42,629 bases of DNA from Hyphomicrobiales bacterium. Its GTDB lineage: Bacteria > Desulfobacterota > Desulfobacteria > Desulfobacterales > SpSt-501. The notes beneath the pieces are model-generated. The model was not told the DNA's origin. It was given only the letters and a program-made list of their open reading frames with translations, and did no database searches. Both the position numbers and the translations under genes were made by a program. Location of the stretch: assembly GCA_050257775.1 (NCBI GenBank), contig JBLMXM010000002.1, positions 1 to 42,629 on the forward strand, given 5' to 3'. This document shows positions 19,940 to 29,978 of the stretch, one piece after another. Within the stretch, counting starts at the first letter, position 1; each line of letters begins with the position of its first letter.

Positions 19940-20533
19940 CTAATATTTATTGAAAACCTTATAAGCCCCAACCTGGATCCGGGTGTTGCCGCTGGTCGAG
20001 GTGGCGGTAATGCCGTAGCGGCGCACCTCGAAATATTTCAAGCTGAAACCCGAACCTTCCGGAGGCGCTGACACATGCTGCTGGAGGGGCAGGCTGTTGG
20101 CCGCTGCATCCGCGGCCGCATTGGCCTCGGCAGATGCACGGCCCGAGTTGAAATCGATGGGATCGGACGTGTTTCGAACGCAACGCACCCTTACTTCAGC
20201 GACGGTTTGGCCGTTTTTATCCACCGAAAAGAATCGGTGGAAGGCGATGCCCGGACCGTCCAGAAGAAACTGATCGGTCAGCCAGTTGGTGGCTCCGACC
20301 CCTCCGGCGGTGGTCGATCCGGTGTCGTAATTCTCCAGGGCGTCAATCACGCCGCCTTCGGATGTATAGAACTCTCGCGTCAGATCGTTCTCGTTGCGGA
20401 CGACATGCATCTCGGTGGTCGAGGTCCAGAGAGCCAGGACCCCTGCCAGCAGAAGGATGGCTGAAATCAAGATCGATGCACCGAGCATGAATCCGTGTTC
20501 GTTTTCAAGGATGCGCCGGGCGGTGGTCATCAT
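19940..20533 (-). CDS. pilX: Minor pilin PilX-like
   Basis: G|FMLGA prepilin site lacking Glu+5, FY.SEGG motif, position before pilY1. Confidence 0.8.
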   Translation of the reverse strand: MMTTARRILENEHGFMLGASILISAILLLAGVLALWTSTTEMHVVRNENDLTREFYTSEGGVIDALENYDTGSTTAGGVGATNWLTDQFLLDGPGIAFHRFFSVDKNGQTVAEVRVRCVRNTSDPIDFNSGRASAEANAAADAAANSLPLQQHVSAPPEGSGFSLKYFEVRRYGITATSTSGNTRIQVGAYKVFNKY

Positions 20534-20551
20534 GACGCCGTTATGCCTTTC

Positions 20552-21166
20552 TCACATGTTACGGCACCGGACCTGGGTGGAGTAGGTCCGGGATACCTGT
20601 TGGTTGCGCCCGGCCGGGCGGCTGACGGTCAGGGCGATGCCGACCGTACGGATGTCCGCCAGGCGGGCTGCCAATTGGGCCGTGGGGATGCTGGCCCCGG
20701 TTTCGTCTATATAGGAAAAGGTCAGATTGCTAACGTTTTCCAGGAGCACCTCGGTGCCGAGGTGGTTGGTCTGCTCGAGTCGGGTTCCGTTCAAGGCGTA
20801 GGTGATGTTTTCAAACGGATCATCGAGATCGCCGTCGAAGTTGCTGTCCGCGGTAAACTGCAGGCTCGTCGGAGTGGCAGCCACGATGCCGGCGCCGGCC
20901 GTGCCCAGGGGATTAAGCCCGGCAAGCCGTATGTCCTGAACCATCATCTCCACGCCGATGCGCGCGCTTTGCTGGGTGCCGGCCTTGACGTTCTCTGCGG
21001 TATAGGACCGATTGAGCCTTTCGAACCCCGAGTAGATGGCGCCGAACATGATGGCCATCGCCCCTAAAACAAGCAGCATTTCCACGATTGAGAACCCGGC
21101 ACAGGAGAGGCGCCGGGAACTGGAGCTGTTTCGGACCGCGATGATTGAAGAGGGTCTCATGGTCAT
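20552..21166 (-). CDS. pilW: Minor pilin PilW-like
   Basis: G|FSIVEMLLVL class III signal, QQSAR...DIRLAG, C-terminal RN; ATG overlaps pilV TGA. Confidence 0.85.
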   Translation of the reverse strand: MTMRPSSIIAVRNSSSSRRLSCAGFSIVEMLLVLGAMAIMFGAIYSGFERLNRSYTAENVKAGTQQSARIGVEMMVQDIRLAGLNPLGTAGAGIVAATPTSLQFTADSNFDGDLDDPFENITYALNGTRLEQTNHLGTEVLLENVSNLTFSYIDETGASIPTAQLAARLADIRTVGIALTVSRPAGRNQQVSRTYSTQVRCRNM

Positions 21167-21575
21167 ACACCGCTTCCTTTGGTGTTCGATGAAATCACTA
21201 CGCTGCCCGGTGCGCCCCTGCGGTTCCACTGCACGGTTACCGTGATGCGGCGGGCTCCGGTTCCAAGGTTATCGATGGTCCAACTGCGGTTGTAGATGCC
21301 TCCCGGCTGTCCGTTCGCATTGACGGGGTTGTTGGGATCCTGATAAGGGCCACCAGCGGCCAGAAGATCGACATCCTGGTTCTTAAGATTTTCAAGCTGG
21401 GCCTTGGCCAGCATATTGGCCTGGGTTAGATGTTCCCCTTGGTGTTGTTGCGCGCTGAGCCGAAATGCATGGAGACGGCGGCCAACATTCCCATCGACAG
21501 TATCGCCATGGCAATCAACAGCTCGATGAATGAAAAACCCTTGTGATCCTTATGGTTGAAAACGGTAGGGCTCAT
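21163..21575 (-). pseudogene. pilV: Minor pilin PilV-like, frameshifted (one base missing near 21426-21428) or assembly error
   Basis: ATG at 21575 gives MSPTVFNHKDHKG|FSFIELLIAMAIL...GNI then TAA; remainder TQANMLAKAQLE...RRITVTVQW is in the next frame; span 413 nt = 3n+2. Confidence 0.85.
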
Positions 21576-21593
21576 AGTATGGATTCCTTGCGT

Positions 21594-22079
21594 CTACTGG
21601 GTCCTCATGCTGCCCAGACGGTTGACTCGGACCTCCTTGCGGCCCGCACTGTTCGCCAGGGGAATGGATGCCTCGGCGGCCAGATCGGGCGCCAGGCCGC
21701 GGCTATTGAACCGCAGGCGATCCATACCCGAAGGGATCGTGTCGCCCAGCACGAGCTGGACCCCCGCCGGCAGCTTGCGATATTGGACAAAGCTCTCGGT
21801 TCCGTTGCGGATCATATCCCCGGCCGTTCCGCCGCCATCGCCGTTGTCGAGGAACACGGAATAATTATCCCCCGCCAACTGGATGGCCACGAACGAACCT
21901 TCCCGTATGGCACGGACCTTGGCCATTTCCAGATCCGCCATCAGGTTGATGGCGGCGCCTCTCAACCGGTGGGCTTGAAGCCATTGTAGAAACGACGGCA
22001 TCACGGTGGTTGCCAGAACAGCGATAATCGCCAGCGTGATGGCCACCTCAAAAGCCGTAAACCCGGAATCGCGGCGCAT
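21594..22079 (-). CDS. fimT: FimT/FimU (GspH-like) minor pilin
   Basis: G|FTAFEVAITLAIIAVL, DLEMAKVRA, LRFNSRG, VNRLG. Confidence 0.88.
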   Translation of the reverse strand: MRRDSGFTAFEVAITLAIIAVLATTVMPSFLQWLQAHRLRGAAINLMADLEMAKVRAIREGSFVAIQLAGDNYSVFLDNGDGGGTAGDMIRNGTESFVQYRKLPAGVQLVLGDTIPSGMDRLRFNSRGLAPDLAAEASIPLANSAGRKEVRVNRLGSMRTQ

Positions 22080-22118
22080 GTATAGACACCCCCCTGCTAG
22101 AATTCAGAGTCATCTTCC

Positions 22119-22133
22119 TCAAAACTTGTGCCA
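22119..22133 (-). promoter_or_regulatory. Candidate sigma54 (-24/-12) promoter of the minor-pilin operon
   Basis: TGGCAC-aagtt-TTGA, 40 nt upstream of fimT; one mismatch at the -12 C. Confidence 0.5.
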
Positions 22134-22666
22134 CACCGTCTTGCCGGGCGCCTGGAGCGAGGCTGCAGTGATGGTACGAGAACCCCGTAATTACGACAAC
22201 ATCTTAAAATCAGTATATTTTATGATTAATGGATAATCAGGCGAAAGGGAGGAAAGCGGATGGGCGGGTGATCGAGCGGCAGTGCAAACCGAAAGCATAT
22301 TAATTCAACCAATTTAAATAATTATACTTTCGCGTAAAGATCGACGCAGGCCAGCCGGGATGCAATCGCCGAAAGAGCTGGCCGCTAGGATCGTTTCAAA
22401 AAATTTTATATAATTTTAAGGTATTTGCGACGTCGCCCGACAATATGATTCCAGTTGATTCAGAGCTATTACGACCGATTTTCGTATTAATTCGATTAAG
22501 ACCTTTATAAAAAAATTTAATGGGAGAGACGGCCTTCAGCCCGCGGGATATTGATAGCGAGATCAAGAATAACAGTGCTCAGGGGATAGGCATATTACGA
22601 AAGTGAAATTTGAAATCCACGAACGAAACCGCTCTTCCGGAGGATGTTGGGAAGCGACCGCCTCCT

Positions 22667-23485
22667 TCACGCGGCTTGCATATAGGCCACTGCATTTTGA
22701 AAGACTTGGAGGCCGACGGTGGGACCTACGCCGAAAGGCTTGCCTTGTCGTCTCTCGGTTTCGCGCTGCCGCAACCAGTCGGGGTGGTTCGTCCACTCGT
22801 TATATGCCTCGGGGTGAGGCATCAGGCCAAATATGCGGCCGGTCGGATCGCATATTCCCGCGATATCTTCCACCGAGCCGTTGGGATTGTAAGGGAAGCG
22901 GCCGTCCGCAGGCCTTCCGTCCGGAAGCGCATAGCGCAGGACAATCTGGTTTTCCTGCTTGAGCCGCTGGATGACCCGATGGTCCCCGTAAAGCTTGCCT
23001 TCCCCGTGGCGCACGGGAAAATCCGCATAATGGATCCCTTTCATGAAAATGCAGGGGGACTGGGGGTTGATCACCAACCGAACCCATTGATCGCGGAAGT
23101 TTCCGCACTCATTGGCGATCAGAGCCACCGAACGGGAGCGGTAGTCGCCGTCAAAGCCCGGCAGAAGCCCAAGGTTCACCAGCGCCTGGAATCCATTGCA
23201 TATGCCGATAACCAGTCGGCCCCGCTCGACGAATTCGAGAAGGCGTTGTCCCAGATTGGTCTTAAACCGAACCGCCTGAATTACCCCGGCACCGTGGTCG
23301 TCACCCCAGCCGAATCCGCCGATGAAAACAAGAATGTGCTGATCTTCGAGGCGCACGGATCCATCGATGACGGAGTTGATGTGGATTCGACGGGCTGCGG
23401 CGCCGGCCACCTCGAGCGCGTACGCCGTCTCGTAATCACAATTGAGCCCGTATCCCGTAAGGACGAGGGCATTGATCTTTGCCAT
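22667..23485 (-). CDS. purQ: FGAM synthase glutaminase subunit PurQ
   Basis: GGFGWGD, GICNGFQ, HGEG, NPNGS, LMPHPE. Confidence 0.96.
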   Translation of the reverse strand: MAKINALVLTGYGLNCDYETAYALEVAGAAARRIHINSVIDGSVRLEDQHILVFIGGFGWGDDHGAGVIQAVRFKTNLGQRLLEFVERGRLVIGICNGFQALVNLGLLPGFDGDYRSRSVALIANECGNFRDQWVRLVINPQSPCIFMKGIHYADFPVRHGEGKLYGDHRVIQRLKQENQIVLRYALPDGRPADGRFPYNPNGSVEDIAGICDPTGRIFGLMPHPEAYNEWTNHPDWLRQRETERRQGKPFGVGPTVGLQVFQNAVAYMQAA

Positions 23486-23558
23486 TCCATCACCTCTGAT
23501 GAGTTCGCCAGAAGTTCAGTTTCGTCCATCTACCGTACAGAATCTCGCCCCCAAGGCG

Positions 23559-26555
23559 CTAGATCAGTTGTCCGAAGGGCCGTTTCCAGGAAGCCTTCAA
23601 ATCGGAAACCGTGAGAGATACCAGCGGCTCGCCGCTCAACCCCTCCACCCTGACCACGGGCTCCGCCGTTACGGTCCCGATGCAGGCACAGGGCAGGCCT
23701 TCGAATTCGGACTCGAATTCGCGCCGCCGGTGCGGGTCGACCGTGACGACAAAGCGGCCGGCCGACTCGGAAAACAGCAGGATGTCGTTGCGGTCCGCTC
23801 TTTCACGCGGGATCTGGCCGGCATTCACCTGCAAGCCGAGGTTGCCGCCCATGGCCACCATGGCGAGATGGATTCCCAGACCGCCGCGGTAGATGCCGTG
23901 GGCGGAGGCCACGCAGCCCTTGTTCACGGCGCGGTTCAGGGCCCGGTAAAAAGGGATGAAATCGGTACTGAGCACCTGCGGCACATTCAATCCGACATAA
24001 CCCAGGTGGGCGTAATACTCCGAGCCGCCCAACTCATCGCGGGTGAGGCCGACCGCGTAAACCAGGTCGCCGGCCACCTTGCTGTCCAGGGTGACGCAGC
24101 GGCTGACGTCCGGCACAACCGAAATCACCGAAAACTGCATGGTCTCCAGGGCGGACACCTTGTGGATTTCCCCGTAACGGCCCGGCAGATGCCCGTCCAC
24201 GTACATGCTGTCCTTGCCCGACAGCAGGGGGATCCCGTAGGCGAGGCACATATCCCGCAGAGCCCAGCAGGCGCGCACCAGTTGGGCGGCTTTGAATTTG
24301 CCGTCGGGGTTGCTCTCGGGGTGAAACTGGATGTTGGGCCAGCAGAAATTGTCTACCCCTCCGATGTGCTCGAAATCTCCGCCCACGGCCAGAACCCGGC
24401 GCACGGCCTCATCGATGCTGCAGGCGACCATGGGGTAGGCATCGATCGCCGAATACATCGGCAGCAGCGCCTGGGCGAAGGCGAGCCCGCGCATGGATCC
24501 CAGGACAGGCCGCATGACGGCGGCGTCGCTGTTCACGTCCCGATCGGCTCCGGTCAGGGGCTTGATGACGCTGGTGCCCTGAACTTCATGGTCGTATTGC
24601 CGGATAATCCATTCCGTGGAGCAGATGTTGGGGCGCTCCAGCATGTCCAGGATCAGCCGGTTCATGTCCGTGGGGCATTTGAGCACCGGCTCGAACAACC
24701 CCCGCCGCTGTGGGGATGTCCATTCGGCCTCGAACTCCCACTGCGGGAACCCCGATTGCAAGAAATCCATATCCACGTAAGCGCAGGTCTTCCCATCGTA
24801 GGTGATGTGCAGTTTCCCGGTGTCGGTGTAGCGGCCGATCACGGTGCTCTCGACGGCATGCTGACGGGACAGCGCCATGAACCGCTCGCGGTCCTGCGGC
24901 CGGATCGCCACCGTCATGCGCTCCTGCGATTCGGAGACCCAGATCTCCCATTGGTCGAGGCCGTCGTATTTCAACGGGACCTTCTCCAGCGCCACTTCGG
25001 CCCCGTTGGAAAACCGGGCGGATTCCCCAACCGATGAGGAAAGCCCACCGCCGCCGTTGTCGGTGATAAATTGGATCAGGCCGGCGTCGCGGGCCTCCAG
25101 CAGAAAGTCGTGCATTTTTTTCTGGGTGTAAGGGTCGCCGATTTGAACGTGGCCGGCGGGTGTGTGCTCGGAGAACACCTCCGAGGAAGCGGTGACGCCA
25201 TGGATGCCGTCCTTGCCGACCCGGCCGCCGCACATGATCAGAAGGTCTCCGCGGGTCGTCCGTTTCTGTTCGGCGGGCTGGCCGTTGATGCGGGCGGGCA
25301 TGATGCCGACCGCCGTCACGAACACCAGGCACTTGCCCATATAGCCCGGATGAAACAACACCTGGCCGAACGCGGTGGGGATGCCGCTCTTGTTGCCCCC
25401 GTCGCGGACACCCTCGATCACTCCGTCCAGAAGACGCCGGGGGTGCAGCCTGGGCTTCAACGCCCCGGCGTAATCCCGGTGGCCGACACAGAATCCGTAG
25501 CTGCCCATGATGAGCTTGGAGCCCTTGCCGGTCCCCAGGGGATCCCGGTAGACTCCCACGATTCCGGTGATGGCTCCGCCATAGGCTTCCATGTTGGAGG
25601 GGGAGTTGTGGGTCTCGCCGGTGATGACATAAAAATGCTCATCGTCCAGGCGGCCGGCGCCGGCGTTGTCCCACAGTACCGATACAACCCAAGGCTTTTG
25701 CCCTGCCAGTTTGAGGGTCGGGGCCTCGATGCAGGTTTTGAAGAGGTTGTCGACTGTTTCACTCCGGCCGGCGTCCAAGTCCCGATAGCGGAAAAGTCCC
25801 CGGAAGCTGTTATGGTTGCAATGATCGCTGCGGCCCTGGGAAATGTACTCCAGCTCGACATCCGTCGGGTCGGCCAGGCCCACGGTGGCCCGAGCAGCCC
25901 GCACGCCGGGGTCGGAGAAGTACGCCCGGATCACGGGAATGTCCTTGGGGTTGAGCGCGAGGTTGCGTTCGTCGCTGATGCGCTTCAACGTGGCATCGCT
26001 GTCGATGGGGATCACGGTGACCGTCGGGGCGTGGTCCAGCCGCACTTTCGGTATGATGAGACCGATCCCTTCTTCGGAATCCCACTCCTGGGCGGACCAG
26101 ATCCGCCACTGCTGGATGATGTCGTTGGCAAGCAGCTCCCCGGCGATCCGCTGAATATCTCTCCGGCCAAGACCTTTTCCGCTGAGGCAGAAGCGCTTGG
26201 AGGTGTATACCGCCTCGCCCGCCTGGAAGCGCATACCGAGAAGGTCCTCGATCGCTTCGACGGCCGTGGCACCCGGGTTGTCCCGCACCCCCGGCCGGAA
26301 ACCGATCCAGATGATCCAGTCGCACTCCAACCCCAGGGGACGGTAAGAGGAGAGCTCAGTGACCGGGTTGGTGAAGATTTCATTCTGGATGCGGGCGAGC
26401 TGATCCGCTCCGAGACCGGCATCGATGGTCAGAACCTTCACCGTGCGGATGCGCGCCACGTCGATGCCGAAATACGCTTTGGCCTTCTTGCGAATGCCTT
26501 CGCCTTCAGGATCGATCAGATGGTCCTGGAGGGCGATTTCCAGTCTTGCGGGCAT
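23559..26555 (-). CDS. purL: FGAM synthase PurL with N-terminal PurS-like extension
   Basis: SDHCNH, ETHNSPS, GKDGIHG, DNGGGG, SESQERM, QYDHEV, SGKDSM, LFSES. Confidence 0.95.
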   Translation of the reverse strand: MPARLEIALQDHLIDPEGEGIRKKAKAYFGIDVARIRTVKVLTIDAGLGADQLARIQNEIFTNPVTELSSYRPLGLECDWIIWIGFRPGVRDNPGATAVEAIEDLLGMRFQAGEAVYTSKRFCLSGKGLGRRDIQRIAGELLANDIIQQWRIWSAQEWDSEEGIGLIIPKVRLDHAPTVTVIPIDSDATLKRISDERNLALNPKDIPVIRAYFSDPGVRAARATVGLADPTDVELEYISQGRSDHCNHNSFRGLFRYRDLDAGRSETVDNLFKTCIEAPTLKLAGQKPWVVSVLWDNAGAGRLDDEHFYVITGETHNSPSNMEAYGGAITGIVGVYRDPLGTGKGSKLIMGSYGFCVGHRDYAGALKPRLHPRRLLDGVIEGVRDGGNKSGIPTAFGQVLFHPGYMGKCLVFVTAVGIMPARINGQPAEQKRTTRGDLLIMCGGRVGKDGIHGVTASSEVFSEHTPAGHVQIGDPYTQKKMHDFLLEARDAGLIQFITDNGGGGLSSSVGESARFSNGAEVALEKVPLKYDGLDQWEIWVSESQERMTVAIRPQDRERFMALSRQHAVESTVIGRYTDTGKLHITYDGKTCAYVDMDFLQSGFPQWEFEAEWTSPQRRGLFEPVLKCPTDMNRLILDMLERPNICSTEWIIRQYDHEVQGTSVIKPLTGADRDVNSDAAVMRPVLGSMRGLAFAQALLPMYSAIDAYPMVACSIDEAVRRVLAVGGDFEHIGGVDNFCWPNIQFHPESNPDGKFKAAQLVRACWALRDMCLAYGIPLLSGKDSMYVDGHLPGRYGEIHKVSALETMQFSVISVVPDVSRCVTLDSKVAGDLVYAVGLTRDELGGSEYYAHLGYVGLNVPQVLSTDFIPFYRALNRAVNKGCVASAHGIYRGGLGIHLAMVAMGGNLGLQVNAGQIPRERADRNDILLFSESAGRFVVTVDPHRRREFESEFEGLPCACIGTVTAEPVVRVEGLSGEPLVSLTVSDLKASWKRPFGQLI

Positions 26556-26572
26556 GGCTACCTTCCCAACCG

Positions 26573-27643
26573 TCAGGAGCTGAAGAACAGCCTGGTAATG
26601 TCGTTGTAAAACACCAGGATCATCAGCATGATCAGGATGACCATGCCGACCTGCTGGGCGATCTCGCGCACCTTGAAGTTCACCGGACGGCCCTTGAGAG
26701 CTTCAATGCCGAAGAACAACAGATGCCCGCCATCCAGGATCGGGATCGGCAGCAGGTTGATGACCGCCAGGTTGACGCTGATGACTGCAATGAATTGAAA
26801 CAGGCTGCTGATACCGGCCTTGGCCTGATCGCCGGCCATCTGGGCGATCATGATTGGCCCGCCGACGGTGTCGATGGATATACTGCCGGTGATGAGCTTC
26901 ACCACGATCATCACCATCAACTCCACAATACTGTAAGTCTGGCGCAGGCTTTCCTTGGCCGCTTGAAAAAAGTTGAGCTTCCGAGAGATGGTTTCGCCCG
27001 CAGTACCGATGCCGATCACGTAGCGCTTGATATCTTCTCCCAGAAGATTCTTCGACTTGACCAACTCGGGGGTGGCCTGCAACACAACGGTTCCTCCGGG
27101 GCGATCGACGGTGATTTCAAGGGGCTTGCCATTGCTGTGGGTGATGCGGTCGGCCATCGCCTCCCAGGTCTCAACGGTAATTCCGTTAATGGCGGTAACC
27201 AGGTCTCCCGGCTTGAATCCGGCGAGCGAGGCCGGGGATCCGTCCTTAACGGAGCCGACCGACGGCTTGAGGATCATGATCCCCGATGAAAAGGCAATGA
27301 TCCAAAAAATCAGCACCGCCAGCAGAACGTTGAAAAACGGCCCTGCGAAGACAATCAGGATCCGCTTCAGGACGTGCTTGTGGGTAAATGAGATGGGAAT
27401 GAGTTCAGGGTCTAGGTCCTCGTCCGGCTCTTCCCCCACCATCTTCACATAGCCTCCCAGGGGGACCAGCGACAGGCGATAGTCGGTAATGCCTATTTTT
27501 TTCCCGAGCAGCCGCGGTCCGAAGCCGAGGGAAAATTTTTCAACCCCGACCCGGAACAGGCGGGCGATCAGAAAATGGCCGAATTCGTGGAAGAAGATCA
27601 GAATTCCGAGGACAATCAAGAAGGCAAAGACACTCGTGCTCAT
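26573..27643 (-). CDS. rseP: RIP metalloprotease RseP
   Basis: HEFGH, PLGGYVKM, PDZ domain, NLLPIPILDGG. Confidence 0.97.
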   Translation of the reverse strand: MSTSVFAFLIVLGILIFFHEFGHFLIARLFRVGVEKFSLGFGPRLLGKKIGITDYRLSLVPLGGYVKMVGEEPDEDLDPELIPISFTHKHVLKRILIVFAGPFFNVLLAVLIFWIIAFSSGIMILKPSVGSVKDGSPASLAGFKPGDLVTAINGITVETWEAMADRITHSNGKPLEITVDRPGGTVVLQATPELVKSKNLLGEDIKRYVIGIGTAGETISRKLNFFQAAKESLRQTYSIVELMVMIVVKLITGSISIDTVGGPIMIAQMAGDQAKAGISSLFQFIAVISVNLAVINLLPIPILDGGHLLFFGIEALKGRPVNFKVREIAQQVGMVILIMLMILVFYNDITRLFFSS

Positions 27644-27814
27644 AATCGTGCGGAACCCACCCTTTCATGATTGCGCCGGCACCGCCTCGCATGTGTATAA
27701 AGCCCAAACGATAAGGCGGTCAAGGGCTAAAAAAAGACGGAACCGGAGCGTCAAATTTTGCCGGCGCTTCTAAAATTGCGCTCGTAACCCGGTGCAAAGC
27801 GCGCGGTTGGTATG

Positions 27815-28978
27815 TCACGAAACCAGCTCGGCCGCCTTTTCACGCGCCCAGCCATCAGCCCCGATGATGTCCTCCAGCGCAGGATCGGCCACGGCCGTGT
27901 GAGACGCCATCGTCCGGCTGATGATGGGTGCAATGGCGGCGAACCCGATTCGATTTTCCAGGAACGCATTCACCGCCACCTCGTTAGCGGCATTGAGAAC
28001 GGCCGGCAGGGTGCCGCCTTGCCGGCAGGCCTCGTACGCCAGTCCCAGGCAGGGAAATTTCTCAATATCCGGATCCCTGAACGTCAGATCACAGCCTCCG
28101 GAGAAATCCGGAAGCGGCTGCCCCAGGGCCAGCCGCTCGGGATAGGACAAGGCGTAGGCAATGGCCGCCTTCATATCCGGAATCCCCAATTGGGCTATCA
28201 CCGCCCCATCCCGAAAAGCAACCATGGAATGAACCACGCTCTGGGGATGCACCACGACTCGAATGAGCTCGTGTGAAACGCCAAAAAGCCACTTGGCTTC
28301 CAGGACCTCAAGCCCTTTGTTCATCAGGGTGGCGGAATCCACGGTGATCTTGGCGCCCATGGCCCAGTTCGGATGCCGGAGCGCTTCGGCCGGTGTGATG
28401 TCTGCGAACGCCTCGGCCGGACGGTCAAGAAACGGCCCCCCGGAGGCAGTGAGCAGGATTCGGTCCACATCCTCTCGGCGCTGACCCTGCAGGCACTGGA
28501 AAATGGCACTGTGTTCGCTGTCCACCGGCAGGATCGAAACCCCTCGTTCGGCCGCCCTCGTCATCACCACGGCGCCGGCAATGACGAGAGTCTCCTTGTT
28601 GGCCAAGGCGATGGCTTTGCCCGCGGCGATCGCGGATAGGGTCGGTCTCAGTCCCGCGGCACCGACGACCGCTATGAGAGCCATATCGGCCGTCTCCCAG
28701 GCCGCGGCCGCCGCGTAACCGCTTTCCCCATGCAGGATCCGGGTACGGCAACTTCCGGGCAGGCGGGATTTCAATTCGCGAGCGCGGTCCTCGTCGAAGA
28801 CGGCGGCGACCTCGGGCTGGAAGGTTCGAATCTGCTCGGCCAAGAGCACCAGGTTGCCTTTGGCCGCAAGGGCCTTTACGCAGAACCGTTCAGGAAACAT
28901 CTGAACGATCCTGAGGGCGCTGCGACCGATGGAGCCGGTGGACCCCAATATGGAAAGCCGCTTCATAGGCCTCGTCAT
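27815..28978 (-). CDS. dxr: 1-deoxy-D-xylulose-5-phosphate reductoisomerase
   Basis: LGSTGSIG, LANKE, PVDSEH, HPNWAMG, NKGLE. Confidence 0.98.
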   Translation of the reverse strand: MTRPMKRLSILGSTGSIGRSALRIVQMFPERFCVKALAAKGNLVLLAEQIRTFQPEVAAVFDEDRARELKSRLPGSCRTRILHGESGYAAAAAWETADMALIAVVGAAGLRPTLSAIAAGKAIALANKETLVIAGAVVMTRAAERGVSILPVDSEHSAIFQCLQGQRREDVDRILLTASGGPFLDRPAEAFADITPAEALRHPNWAMGAKITVDSATLMNKGLEVLEAKWLFGVSHELIRVVVHPQSVVHSMVAFRDGAVIAQLGIPDMKAAIAYALSYPERLALGQPLPDFSGGCDLTFRDPDIEKFPCLGLAYEACRQGGTLPAVLNAANEVAVNAFLENRIGFAAIAPIISRTMASHTAVADPALEDIIGADGWAREKAAELVS

Positions 28979-29006
28979 GGAAAGTCGGCTGCGGCCGACC
29001 GGAAGG

Positions 29007-29837
29007 TCACCCGATAACCAGCCTCAACCCGAACGCCACCGGGGCGGCAAACAGCAGCGCATCGATGCGATCCAGAATGCCTCCATGCCCGGGCAGGAGT
29101 CCGCCCGAATCCTTGATGTTTGCTGCCCGCTTCAGTTCGGACTCGAAAAGATCGCCCACCTGTCCTGCCAGCCCGACCGCCGCGGAGAAAATCAGGCATG
29201 CGGCCCACCCAGCGTCCGGTTGAAGAATAAACTTGCCCGCGGCACCGACCGCTAAGTTGGCGCCCAGTCCCGCTATGGCGCCTTCGACGGTCTTCCCGGG
29301 GCTGATGGCCGGGCTGAGCTTGTGCCGGCCCCAAAGGGTACCTCCATAGAATGCAGCCGTGTCGCCGGCGAAAATGATGGCGCACAGCAGGAAGATCCAT
29401 ACCGTTCCGCCGGGTGCCGACCGCAATAGGACCAGCAGAGACAGAGATAACGGGATGTAGCAGATCCCCTGAATTTGTCGCGCGACTCCGTCCAGCACGG
29501 CTCGGTCGGTCGCGAATCGCAGCAGAGACAGCAAACCGCAGACCACCAGATTGATGCTCAACACAGCCAGGATCATCTCCGCCCGGCCGGTATGCGCACA
29601 TAGGATCAGCGCCAGGCTTGCGAGATATCCCACCAGAAGCATGGGCTGCAAATGCATCCGACGGCCGGGAGGGGTAACGATGCGAAAATATTCCCACAGA
29701 CATGCGACACCGGCCGCCCCCACCAGCAGGGAGAACGCCGCCCCGCCTGCGATCACGCATGCAATCAGCACCGGCAGGGCGAGCAGGCCTGTAATCCAGC
29801 GCTTGAGGTGGGCCTGGCCCGTGTTGCCCGCTGTCAT
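29007..29837 (-). CDS. cdsA: Phosphatidate cytidylyltransferase
   Basis: SPGKTVEG, GDLFES.LKR...IKDSG.LLPGHGGILDRID. Confidence 0.96.
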   Translation of the reverse strand: MTAGNTGQAHLKRWITGLLALPVLIACVIAGGAAFSLLVGAAGVACLWEYFRIVTPPGRRMHLQPMLLVGYLASLALILCAHTGRAEMILAVLSINLVVCGLLSLLRFATDRAVLDGVARQIQGICYIPLSLSLLVLLRSAPGGTVWIFLLCAIIFAGDTAAFYGGTLWGRHKLSPAISPGKTVEGAIAGLGANLAVGAAGKFILQPDAGWAACLIFSAAVGLAGQVGDLFESELKRAANIKDSGGLLPGHGGILDRIDALLFAAPVAFGLRLVIG

Positions 29838-29978
29838 GGCTGTCCTTCGCCTCGGTAGGGCCGAAATTGAAGATTTCCGCCGCAAGCGGAAGGGTCTTCC
29901 CGGTCAAATTGGTAAACTGGTTTTGGGTTGCTCGCCGATCCCGCTGCCAGCAACGGGGCGCGCGCTCGCTATGGCCGG

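Noticed and set aside
22080-22660. Cyclic dinucleotide (GEMM-I) riboswitch upstream of pilin genes
   Set aside because: No GGCAAAC/GAAA/GACGCAAAG architecture on the minus strand
23442-26609. Long antisense ORFs (e.g. 23442-25037, 25071-26609; also 2191-3456, 5377-6441, 18065-19168)
   Set aside because: Shadow frames of high-GC genes on the opposite strand, with no protein motifs
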